Positions 10,824 to 19,390 are shown, counted from the stretch's first letter. The stretch is 64,000 nt of DNA from Cenarchaeum sp. (GCA_965206845.1 OZ242221.1:736001-800000), one strand, 5' to 3'. Program-made: numbers and translations. The notes: a model not told the origin generated them from the sequence alone.

Positions 10824-11944
10824 CACTGCGGCACCCCCAGGGTGTTGCCCACCCCCACCACTAGAACCGAGCCGCCCTCCGGGGCGGCCTCACGGATCAT
10901 CTCACGAACCTGGTGGCTCACATCGTCGGCCCGCAGCGCGACATCCTTTGTCATCAGCGTGATGGCCTCTCCGACCGTCTGCTTTACCACAATGGCATAG
11001 ATCGGAATGCCGTGCTTTGTCGCAGCCTCCTCGATCTGGAACCGTTCCGTGCCGATTCCCCCTATGGCAGCCCCAAAGCCGCGGGAGATCGTTGCCGACT
11101 CCTCGCCCTCCATCCTCATGGCGGCATCGATCATGATCACCGCATCGACCTTGTCCTGGGAGATTACATGCTCGACGGCGTCTCCCGGACGGCCCACAGA
11201 CGACAGCGGGCCCCTGGCCTTTAAGAGGTGGATGCGCCTCCCGTCCATCTCGGTCCGGGCCCAGACGGTCTGAAACGCCGCCTCCTTCTTCTCCAGATTC
11301 AGCATCATCCTGCCCACTATCATGGGTCCGATTCCGTCGCCCACAGGCTGTCCCAGCTTGAATACCGGCGCGGCGTCCCTCAGGGCCTTGGCCTCCTCCA
11401 TTATAAAGGGAAGTATCATCTGGAGAGGCAGAATCATTGGAAAGTTCTTCTGCTTTTTTGCGGTCAGATACAGGTGGTTGACAATCCTGTAGACCAGGTG
11501 CAGTGAGGATGCAATCTCCACAAGGGTCTGGATCTTTGACTGCGCCAGCTCGTCCAGGCTCGGATCAAGCTCCCGGATCTGCGCCCTTGTGTGATCGTCT
11601 CTGGAGCGCACCAAGTGCCGAACCTTGGGCACCATGCCGGCCGGATCCATGTCTACAGGCATTATGCTAAAGTAGTCAATGATGGTCCTGATGCGGGACG
11701 AGGGATCCGAGGCCGTCTTCACGTTCTTACTGATGTAATCCATCAGCTCGCTCTCTGACTCGTCCCGGTATATCTTCAGCTTGGTTACGTGCTTTTTGAC
11801 CTGGTTGGCCGAGATGTACAGCTGGATCTGCTGGCCGTAGAAGACGAAGAAGATTATTGGAAGGATCCACACCAGCATCATAAGAGGGCTGGTATCATCG
11901 CCGAAGCTAAAGAACTCCTCAAAGTCGGTAAAATCCACCGACAT
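10823..11944 (-). CDS. DUF1512-family protein
   Basis: N-terminal TM, 'IMPVDMDPAG', 'PVGDGIGP', 'IDAAMRMEGE', 'GVGNTLGV'; start placed at MSVDF (11944). Confidence 0.85.
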   Translation of the reverse strand: MSVDFTDFEEFFSFGDDTSPLMMLVWILPIIFFVFYGQQIQLYISANQVKKHVTKLKIYRDESESELMDYISKNVKTASDPSSRIRTIIDYFSIMPVDMDPAGMVPKVRHLVRSRDDHTRAQIRELDPSLDELAQSKIQTLVEIASSLHLVYRIVNHLYLTAKKQKNFPMILPLQMILPFIMEEAKALRDAAPVFKLGQPVGDGIGPMIVGRMMLNLEKKEAAFQTVWARTEMDGRRIHLLKARGPLSSVGRPGDAVEHVISQDKVDAVIMIDAAMRMEGEESATISRGFGAAIGGIGTERFQIEEAATKHGIPIYAIVVKQTVGEAITLMTKDVALRADDVSHQVREMIREAAPEGGSVLVVGVGNTLGVPQ

Positions 11945-12278
11945 CTGCTGCCCGCAATTCCAAATTAAACGCTTCGATATTTTTTGCCGCGCAGCGGTTT
12001 TAGGAACCACTCCGCGATCCAAGAACCCCGGCGGCGCCGGCCACCTGTCGCATCCGGTCAGGCCCAAAGGCGCCCCACAGCGTGTACGCCGGTGCCCGGA
12101 TAAGAGAGGAGCCGGCCCGATATCCTTTGGGGGTTTAAAAAGGGAATTATATACTTCGGTAGGCATGACCACGCGCCTCCCGCGGATGGGGTTTTTGTTT
12201 GGATACCTTCACATGGCATCCGCTCCCATCCGGGAGCCAGTAACCTGCCACCCCCGGATGGCCATGACGGTTCGGACT

Positions 12279-12296
12279 GTCTGCATGGTCTGCATG
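12279..12296 (+). repeat. Two tandem 9-bp GTCTGCATG units upstream of the tnpB promoter
   Basis: Exact tandem repeat; the homologous position in copy 2 has four units. Confidence 0.8.
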
Positions 12297-12310
12297 GTAT
12301 TGTCGCGGTG

Positions 12311-12318
12311 TTTTTATG
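12311..12318 (+). promoter_or_regulatory. Putative TATA box of tnpB copy 1
   Basis: TTTTTATG about 25 nt before ATG 12343; conserved as CTTTTATG in copy 2. Confidence 0.55.
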
Positions 12319-12342
12319 CGCGCTTGGCATTTGCATGCGGTA

Positions 12343-14067
12343 ATGAGACCCATCATGGCGGCCGCGACAGCAACAGTGTTAGCGGCGACGGCAACCGCAA
12401 CGGCAACCGAGCCGGCGCCAAAAAAGTGGTCAAGGCGCCCAATGGAGGGCACCATGGTGCGCACCATAAAGGTGGACTTTGACCAGTCGGCCGAGCTGTC
12501 AGATTTGATATCCCGCCGCATGGACCAGCAGAGGTGGGCCTTCAACATGGCCGTCCGCGAGAAGCTGAACGACCCGAGAACGACAAAGTATGACCTCAAC
12601 AAGATGCTCACCAAATGGAGGAATGAGAAGAAGTGGCTCGTCCATGACAAGGACGCGCTGGCCGCAGGACGCAAGGAGGCCTGTAACAACAGGGTGCAGA
12701 GGACCGGGCTTCGCCAGGGCCTGGACGCGGTGGAGAAGTTCATGATATCCAACGGCAGGAAGCGCCGCAACAAGTCGGTGTGGAAGTACCTGGCCAAGCT
12801 CTATCGGGAAAGGGAGGCGAGGAAGGCCGCCAAGATGTCACGCAACAGTGGGGGCGGCGATGGCGGCGCCCAAAATGAGGCAAGCGGCGCCGACGCTGGC
12901 GCAAGCCTGCCGTCAAACAAGTGGAGCAGGAAAAATAACAAGTGGCGCCGCAGGGACACCCTGTTCAAGAGGAAGGGGAAAATGTGGTCCCTGTCGGTGT
13001 TCGAGAAGCCCGTATACAAGGGCGGCAACACGGTCATGCTCCCCGGTATAGGCACTGTAAGGGTGCACGGCGACGTTGAGGATCTGGACATGCGCCCCTT
13101 CCAGCTCGTGGAGACGACCAAGAAAACAACCAAGCGCACCAAAGATCACCACAAGACTTACCGCCTCCACATCCAGGTTGAAACCAAGGCACCAGAGCCG
13201 TCCGAACATGCGGTCATCAGGGGCGTGGACATGGGCATAGTCCACGGCGCCGCCACCGTCGACCTTGGCACCGGCCATCACAAGTTCCACGACCTCCCAA
13301 ATGGCTGCAGGAGAGCCAAGAACGACGACATATCGAAGATGTACTCGGAGCTCTCGCAAAAGAGGGGAGGGAGAGGCAACCGCAGGATCAGGCAGGACAC
13401 CAATGAAGGCGCCGACGGCAGGAACAACACGAGCGGCAACAACAGGAACAAAACAAGGAAGCCCAAGTCCCGCGGCTACAGGGAGCTCCAGAGGAAGATC
13501 CGGAAGAAGCGCGAGAAGATCGCCAACTGCCAGACCAACTGGGAGAGGCACGCGTCCAAGGAGATTGCGGACGGCGCCGGCACGGTGGCCATCGAGGACC
13601 TGAAAGTCAAGAACATGACCGCTAGGGCCAAGGGCAAGGGGAGCTCCGCCAAGACGGGGCTCAACCGCGAGATGGCGTACTCAAGGCCAGGGACTTTCCA
13701 GCGCCAGATCATGGGCGCCTGTGAGAACGCGGGAGTCATCGTCATAACGGTGGACCCCAAGGGCACCAGCATAACATGCCACAAGTGCGGCCACAGTGAC
13801 AAGGAATCCAGGATATCCCAAGGGAGGTTCCGCTGCGCCAATGACAAGTGTTACAATGACGTCAACGCCGACATAAACGCGGCGCATAACATTGCCTCCA
13901 AGGCGACAGCCATGGCGGCAGGGCGGCGGGGATCGTCGTCCCAAGGCGCGAGACTCCGGCGCGGGATTGCTCCCGCGCGTTCCGCAAACAGCACGCGAGA
14001 AGCAAGCGTGGGAGGGATTGCAAGAGCGCCAGAAAAAGGCAGGGGTACTGCGTACCCATGTATATAA
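12343..14067 (+). CDS. tnpB: TnpB-like RNA-guided RuvC nuclease, about 570 aa
   Basis: 'QQRWAFN' helix, RuvC-I GVDMG, RuvC-II IEDL, 'AKTGLNR', Zn finger CHKC..CANDKC, RuvC-III NADINAAHNI; stop codon lies inside the right TIR. Confidence 0.92.
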   Translation: MRPIMAAATATVLAATATATATEPAPKKWSRRPMEGTMVRTIKVDFDQSAELSDLISRRMDQQRWAFNMAVREKLNDPRTTKYDLNKMLTKWRNEKKWLVHDKDALAAGRKEACNNRVQRTGLRQGLDAVEKFMISNGRKRRNKSVWKYLAKLYREREARKAAKMSRNSGGGDGGAQNEASGADAGASLPSNKWSRKNNKWRRRDTLFKRKGKMWSLSVFEKPVYKGGNTVMLPGIGTVRVHGDVEDLDMRPFQLVETTKKTTKRTKDHHKTYRLHIQVETKAPEPSEHAVIRGVDMGIVHGAATVDLGTGHHKFHDLPNGCRRAKNDDISKMYSELSQKRGGRGNRRIRQDTNEGADGRNNTSGNNRNKTRKPKSRGYRELQRKIRKKREKIANCQTNWERHASKEIADGAGTVAIEDLKVKNMTARAKGKGSSAKTGLNREMAYSRPGTFQRQIMGACENAGVIVITVDPKGTSITCHKCGHSDKESRISQGRFRCANDKCYNDVNADINAAHNIASKATAMAAGRRGSSSQGARLRRGIAPARSANSTREASVGGIARAPEKGRGTAYPCI

Positions 14068-14072
14068 TTCCC
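13920..14072 (+). ncRNA. Putative omegaRNA scaffold overlapping the tnpB 3' end
   Basis: Conserved in three copies with compensatory stems (13959-13978 and 14043-14057); position matches known TnpB omegaRNAs; boundaries approximate. Confidence 0.65.
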
Positions 14073-14120
14073 TTTAAAAAGAACCGCTTTTATTATAGCT
14101 AATATAGAAGTTTTTTATTA

Positions 14121-14681
14121 ATGCCACAGACTAAACCAATTGTAAGCGTAGAGAATGTAGTTGCATCCGCATCAGTAGATCAGAAGATGGATCTAAACGA
14201 GATCACAAGAACATTCCTGGATGTCGAGTACCATCCAGACCAGTTTCCCGGGCTAGTCTTCAGGTTGAGCAACCCCAAGACCGCCACGCTGATCTTTACC
14301 TCTGGCAAGATGGTGTGCACCGGCTCAAAGTCCGAAGAGATGGCCAGAAAGGCGGTAAAGACCGTCGTTCAGAAGCTCCGAAAGGGCGGCGTCAGCGTAA
14401 AGAAGGATGCCGTGGTGGAGATACAGAACATCGTAGCGTCCATCAACCTAGGCGGAAAGATCCACCTAGAGCAGGCCGCAAGAACCCTGCCCCGGAGCAT
14501 GTACGAGCCGGAGCAGTTTCCTGGCCTGATTCACAGAATGCTGGATCCCAAGACGGTAATACTGCTGTTCTCCTCTGGAAAGCTGGTGTGTACCGGAGCA
14601 AAGAAGGAGCCCGATGTGTACAGATCCGTCAACAACCTGCATGCCCTCCTAGAAGAGAAGGATCTCATGATCTACGAGTAA
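14121..14681 (+). CDS. tbp: TATA-box-binding protein
   Basis: Two TBP repeats 'ENVVAS...YHPDQFPGL...LIFTSGKMVCTG' and 'QNIVAS...YEPEQFPGL...LFSSGKLVCTG'. Confidence 0.97.
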   Translation: MPQTKPIVSVENVVASASVDQKMDLNEITRTFLDVEYHPDQFPGLVFRLSNPKTATLIFTSGKMVCTGSKSEEMARKAVKTVVQKLRKGGVSVKKDAVVEIQNIVASINLGGKIHLEQAARTLPRSMYEPEQFPGLIHRMLDPKTVILLFSSGKLVCTGAKKEPDVYRSVNNLHALLEEKDLMIYE

Positions 14682-14938
14682 TCACCTACTCCCCCCCATT
14701 TTGCACGATGTCCTGATACCTGCCCATGCGCGGAACCGGGATGCCATGGTGCGGCCTTGTGCATGAGGGCCGCATCGAGCCTGCCGGGATTCGCCGGATG
14801 CAGAACCGTCCGCGGCACCGCGCCAGGCGCAAGAGCGCCCCTGAGACGCGCGCTCAAGGTACGCAGACGGGAACGGATGCGACCCCGCGCCGCGCCAACA
14901 GCGAATATTTTATATGGTTTCAACCGATCACGTAGGCA

Positions 14939-15637
14939 ATGGTAAACCCCCGCGCGTGGCTTGCAGAGTCGATAGCCACGTACGCACTGGTCTTCTTTGG
15001 GCCGCTCTCGATAATACTGGCAGTGGCGCAGTTCGGCGAGGGGCTTACCACCATGTCGGTGCTCTTCATCTCACTGGCACACGGGGGCATCATCGGCGTG
15101 ATGATCTACACCTTTGGGCACATATCGGGAGCCCACATCAACCCCGCAGTTACCATACCCATGATGGTTACAAGAAAGATCGGCATCTCAGACGGGATAG
15201 GCTACATCGTCTTTCAGATTATCGGCGCGCTGGCGGCAGCCGCAACCCTGAAGGCAATACTGCCGGAACTGGGAGCCGCGGTAAACTTTGGAACACAGGG
15301 AGGACCAAGCGAGATATTGAACAAGAGCGTTGGTTCGGGATTTGCAGTGGAGGCCGTTTTGACGTTCTTCCTGGTGCTGGTAATATTCATGACTGCTGTG
15401 CACAAGAGGGCATCTCCGGGATGGCACGGGTTTGCCATCGGCGGAATGGTGTTCCTGATTCACCTGATAGCGGTTCCGCTTACCGGGGCATCGGTCAATC
15501 CCGCCAGGACGTTTGGTCCGGCAGTAATATCCGGCTTTTGGGAGTTTCACTGGCTGTACTGGGCCGCGCCCATTCTGGGCGGAGTCGTGGCAGGCCTGCT
15601 CATGAACTACATCTACGTCAAGAAGGAAGAGCAGTAG
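14939..15637 (+). CDS. Aquaporin (MIP family)
   Basis: 'HISGAHINPAVT' and 'GASVNPARTFGP' NPA motifs, six TMs. Confidence 0.95.
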   Translation: MVNPRAWLAESIATYALVFFGPLSIILAVAQFGEGLTTMSVLFISLAHGGIIGVMIYTFGHISGAHINPAVTIPMMVTRKIGISDGIGYIVFQIIGALAAAATLKAILPELGAAVNFGTQGGPSEILNKSVGSGFAVEAVLTFFLVLVIFMTAVHKRASPGWHGFAIGGMVFLIHLIAVPLTGASVNPARTFGPAVISGFWEFHWLYWAAPILGGVVAGLLMNYIYVKKEEQ

Positions 15638-15657
15638 GCTGGTTGCCGGTTCTGCAC

Positions 15658-16059
15658 ATGAGCACCACTCCAGACCGCCTGTTGCGCTCTGAGCATGATG
15701 CTCTGAGGGGTGCTGTAGACAGGCTGTTGGGGGAGACCGGAAGGCTCCCCGTATCTGATGTGGTCGGGGCGTACTACCTGGCCATAAGCCTGGGAGCCGC
15801 AGTTGAGGCGGCGCGCAGGGCAGGCATCGCGGCGCACGAGTCCCGGGATCTGTTGGATAGGTTCAACCGGATCCTGCACCCGCGGGTGGCCCGGGAGCTC
15901 TCAGATGCCATACAGGAGCAGATCACAAGGCTGCAGACGCAGAGCCACGAGAAGACAAGGAAGGAGACAGAGTGCGAGGCAGGCGCCTACTCGAGGCTCC
16001 GCGAGATGATGAGCACCCGGGAGTTTGTCAGGCAGTATGGGCATGGAATGGACGTCTGA
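15658..16059 (+). CDS. Hypothetical helical protein (133 aa)
   Basis: 3' part of ORF 14914-16059 from MSTTPDR; fills the gap between aquaporin and the next gene. Confidence 0.65.
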   Translation: MSTTPDRLLRSEHDALRGAVDRLLGETGRLPVSDVVGAYYLAISLGAAVEAARRAGIAAHESRDLLDRFNRILHPRVARELSDAIQEQITRLQTQSHEKTRKETECEAGAYSRLREMMSTREFVRQYGHGMDV

Positions 16060-16852
16060 TCTGGTCGGGATCAAAAAGGAGCTGGCGCGGCGCAGCCCAG
16101 GAGGCCTGCTGGAAGCCGTCCCCGAATCGGAGTACGGGGGCCTGACGGCGCGCCGTCTGGAGTGTATCCACAGGTTTGCCCGGAGCAACCCCATCTACCA
16201 CACCTCGCACCGGGAGACCATATCCGGGGTGCCAGTCCGCGTATACGAGGGTGACTGCAACAGGTACTGGCTCAACAGCATACAGCACGATTCCAGCCGG
16301 GCGCCCTTCTCGCCTACCTGGATGGCATCCGCATATGCGATGGCATCGGTGGCCCGGTCCCTGGGATTTCTGGAGGTTGTGGATGTAGGATCCGGGGACG
16401 GTCGGATTGCCCACTTTGCCAGAGTGTGCGGCATGGATGCCTGCGGCATAGAACTTGACGAAATGCTGACAGACCTGCAGAAGAGGATTGCAGACTCCAC
16501 GGGGATCAGCTACAGGACAGAGTGCGCCGATGCCGCAGCACTCGACTACGGCAGGCTTGGGCTGACGCGTCCGGCGTTCTTTATCGGCGGCCTTGCCCAG
16601 ATGGGCGGCAGTGAGCTGGCAGGAGCTGTCATAGACGGGATTGGCAGGGTCCCTGGCCTTCTGGGGAGGTCGTGCGTGGTACTTGCGGGAACGCACTCGG
16701 CCAAGTACGCGCCGGCGCCGCCGGCAGGCTGGGGCTCGACGATAAGATCCAGGGGGATGGACGTGATCAGGACAATAGAGCTTCCCACCGCCTGGACCAT
16801 GCACGAGCCGCAGGAGACGCCGTACATCTACTGCAGGTTTGCGCCTACGTAG
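16043..16852 (+). CDS. Putative class I SAM-dependent methyltransferase
   Basis: Motif I 'VVDVGSGDGRI', 'GIELD', 'CADA'. Confidence 0.7.
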   Translation: MEWTSDLVGIKKELARRSPGGLLEAVPESEYGGLTARRLECIHRFARSNPIYHTSHRETISGVPVRVYEGDCNRYWLNSIQHDSSRAPFSPTWMASAYAMASVARSLGFLEVVDVGSGDGRIAHFARVCGMDACGIELDEMLTDLQKRIADSTGISYRTECADAAALDYGRLGLTRPAFFIGGLAQMGGSELAGAVIDGIGRVPGLLGRSCVVLAGTHSAKYAPAPPAGWGSTIRSRGMDVIRTIELPTAWTMHEPQETPYIYCRFAPT

Positions 16853-17028
16853 GCCGGGGAATGGCAACTCCGGGGAGATGAGCCTGCCGGCACGGGGCAG
16901 CCGACTGCCTGTAGGCGCTCCGGGAATGCCCCCGGCGGGGCCGCGATCAGTCAGTTAGTTTGTGGCGATATCCTGCAGGATGCCACCTGATAGAAATTCA
17001 AATTAAGGCCGTGCTTGGTAGCGCTGTT

Positions 17029-17103
17029 GGGCTCGTTGCATAGCATGGATAGTGCGAACGCTTGCGGAGCGTTAGGTCGAGGGTTCGAATCCCTTCGGGC
17101 CCA
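17029..17103 (+). tRNA. tRNA-Arg(GCG)
   Basis: Acceptor GGGCTCG/CGGGCCC, anticodon arm AACGC-TTGCGGA-GCGTT, T-loop GTTCGAATC. Confidence 0.93.
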
Positions 17104-17272
17104 CTCTTTGGATCGCGGCGGCGATGTCACCGCGCGCAGACCGGGCGATTAGGGAGTCGGATTGTAGACGCGCCGCATCCGGGCTGATCCCTAGTCAGAG
17201 ATCATCAGCCGAGTTTGCAGGAGAGCCAGATCTTCCAAAAGGCATATTAGATGATTTTTCTGTTGTTTTTTC

Positions 17273-17857
17273 ATGGGCGATTCCAAGGAACCTCACGTAG
17301 TGGGAGTCGAGGTGCTAAAGCAGAACGGTCTGGACGTGGATGCCCTGATAAGGGAACTGGTAAGCAACGCGGCCGTCGAGTTTGCGGCATACTATTACTT
17401 TACGAACCTGCGCTCCTTCTGTACCGGAATGGAGGGTGAAGGAATCAAGGGAGTGATAGAGGACGCCAGACTCGAGGATCTCAGCCACTTCGAGTCCTGC
17501 ATAGACAGGATATACCAGCTGGGGGGGGAGTTTCCCACCGACATTACCAAGTTTGTAGAGCGGGCCAACGCAGAGTTCCTGCAGTCGGACAGAAAGACCA
17601 CGCTGAACCAGATCCTGGACAAGTGCCTCAGAGCCGAACAGGGGGCCATCATAAACTGGAACAAGATATGCAGAATGACCCACGGAAAAGATCCCGTGAC
17701 GTACGAGATTGCGTCACACATACTGGCAGAGGAGATAGAGCACGAGTCCTGGTTTCTGGAGATCCTGCACGGCAGGCCGTCAGGACACATGCGGAGAAGG
17801 TATTCAGGCGAGCGGCCACACACCGGCAAGCATTCCAGGTCACTGGGAGATCTCTAG
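17273..17857 (+). CDS. Dps-like (DpsL) ferritin-superfamily protein
   Basis: 'EFAAYYYFT', 'EDARLED..HFE', 'RIYQLGG', 'LAEEIEHESWF', 'RPSGH'. Confidence 0.9.
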   Translation: MGDSKEPHVVGVEVLKQNGLDVDALIRELVSNAAVEFAAYYYFTNLRSFCTGMEGEGIKGVIEDARLEDLSHFESCIDRIYQLGGEFPTDITKFVERANAEFLQSDRKTTLNQILDKCLRAEQGAIINWNKICRMTHGKDPVTYEIASHILAEEIEHESWFLEILHGRPSGHMRRRYSGERPHTGKHSRSLGDL

Positions 17858-17906
17858 CAATTGTCCGGTATGAATAGTTTTTATCTAACTACATTTACAC
17901 TAACCT

Positions 17907-18287
17907 GTGAGCCAAAAATACAGCACTCTAGAGGAGCCATGCCGCGAGATTCTCAAGCTTCCGAAGATCAGGTTTGCCGGCGTCATCGACAGAATGGGCA
18001 GGCGGATTGCCGGCGGCTTTGGAAAGGATGTCGTACCACTCGTTACCGACCGTGACAACCGGGGAATGTACATACAGCTAGCACTGGAGTATCTGATGAG
18101 AAGGGACTTTGACAGCAATCTGGGACAGATCGACTACATAGCATCCCGTCGCGAAAAAGTCACAATGATAACCATTCCTATAGAGAATGGCATAGTACTG
18201 ATAAGCGCCGAGCGGGATGTCGACATCGAAGAGACAATCGCGCAGGTAAACTCTACGTTTACGCTGCTTCCCCACGTCAGGCCCTAG
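17907..18287 (+). CDS. Thaumarchaeal roadblock-like protein (DUF6659-like)
   Basis: 'IRFAGVID..GR..AGG', 'MRRDFD..LG.IDY..SRREKV'. Confidence 0.7.
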   Translation: MSQKYSTLEEPCREILKLPKIRFAGVIDRMGRRIAGGFGKDVVPLVTDRDNRGMYIQLALEYLMRRDFDSNLGQIDYIASRREKVTMITIPIENGIVLISAERDVDIEETIAQVNSTFTLLPHVRP

Positions 18288-18386
18288 GCGCAGACACGAT
18301 CGGCTGATCTTCTGGGCTGCTTTGGCAGGCGCGTATGCCACGGGTCAGGTGTCAAAAGAATGCCCTGCACACTGCCTGCCCAGGCA

Positions 18387-18503
18387 TCACCTCCGAAACA
18401 TGACAAATATGCGGGTTCCCACAAGGATGCCTACGGCGGCGATGATGGCCAGCATCACCAGATACCGGGCCGGGTCGTCCATGCCAGTCCATAGGATGTC
18501 CAC
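18387..18503 (-). CDS. Possible 38-aa single-TM peptide
   Basis: Manual translation (V)DILWTGMDDPARYLVMLAIIAAVGILVGTRIFVMFRR. Confidence 0.4.
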   Translation of the reverse strand: MDILWTGMDDPARYLVMLAIIAAVGILVGTRIFVMFRR

Positions 18504-18884
18504 AGATATAGGTCAGATCCCCGGCATGTCAGCAGGATCTGCGCCCGTGTCTTGATGTGGACATCTTGCTGACCCGCAGGTAGCTGCGCTGCCCCATCAG
18601 TCGGTGAATTTTTTACAGCTGCACCCCGTAACCAGGCACCTGCCGGTGCCCCCCAGGTGCGATGCGGAGAAATGAAAGCACCCGATCTCCATGTTTCTGC
18701 ACTGCACAGGAACCAGAATGTACGGCATCTTTTAGGTTGTTCTGTTTTGGCAGCGTCGCACCATCTCAAGGCACGCAGCTGTGGCGATCTGCAGACCGGA
18801 AGCCGACAGAAGAGAGCCGCCACAGGCTCCGACATGCCGCAGACGGGACATCCGGCAGACGGTCAGCCGGCCGCACCGGGCATC

Positions 18885-19058
18885 TCAGCCGTAAATGAGG
18901 CAGTGTTCGCACTCGCAGCTGGGCTGTGCGCTTGACTTTGCAAGGCATTTTTTGTGCTGGCCCGCCTGGCACTGGACACAGACCTCGTCCAAGCTATCCA
19001 CCTCGGAGTACTTTTTTGACTGATCAAAGCCAAACCCTCCATCCTGAGGTCCTACCAT
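18885..19058 (-). CDS. Small Cys-rich metal-binding protein (57 aa)
   Basis: C..C...H..C......CECEHC pattern; TATA-like TTAAAATA 23-30 nt upstream. Confidence 0.6.
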   Translation of the reverse strand: MVGPQDGGFGFDQSKKYSEVDSLDEVCVQCQAGQHKKCLAKSSAQPSCECEHCLIYG

Positions 19059-19088
19059 ACATCCACTGGCGAGCACCTACTATTTTAA

Positions 19089-19390
19089 GGGAATTATATA
19101 CAAAAGTACACGGTACTTCTGCCTTTTCTTGGCGTTCTTGCAATCCCTCCAACGCTTGGTTCTCGCGTTTGGTTCACGGAGCGTCCGGGAGCAATCCCGG
19201 CCTGGAATCTCGCGCCTTGGGACGACAATCCCTGCCGCCTTGACGGCAATGTTGTGCGCCGCGTTTATGTCGGCGTTGATGTCGTTCTTGCACCTGTCGT
19301 TCGTGCAGTGAAACTTTCCCTGCGACACCCGGGAGTTTTCATCCCTGTGCCCGCATTTGTGGCATGTCGTGCTGGTGCCCTTGGGGTCCC
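19089..19390 (-). mobile_element. Truncated right-end remnant of the TIR-tnpB family (copy 3)
   Basis: GGGAATTATATACAAAAGTA from 19089; encodes DPKGTSTTCHKCGH...NADINAAHNI; no left end or second TSD seen. Confidence 0.88.

Larger units (their letters stand above)
12142..14072 (+). mobile_element. TIR-bounded, transposase-less tnpB element, copy 1
   Basis: GGGAATTATATAC (12142-12154) is the inverse of GTATATAATTCCC (14060-14072); 8-bp direct repeat TTTAAAAA at 12134-12141 and 14073-14080. Confidence 0.9.

Noticed and set aside
14914-16059. 381-aa ORF overlapping aquaporin
   Set aside because: The 5' part is an off-frame read of the aquaporin gene; only the part from 15658 looks coding.
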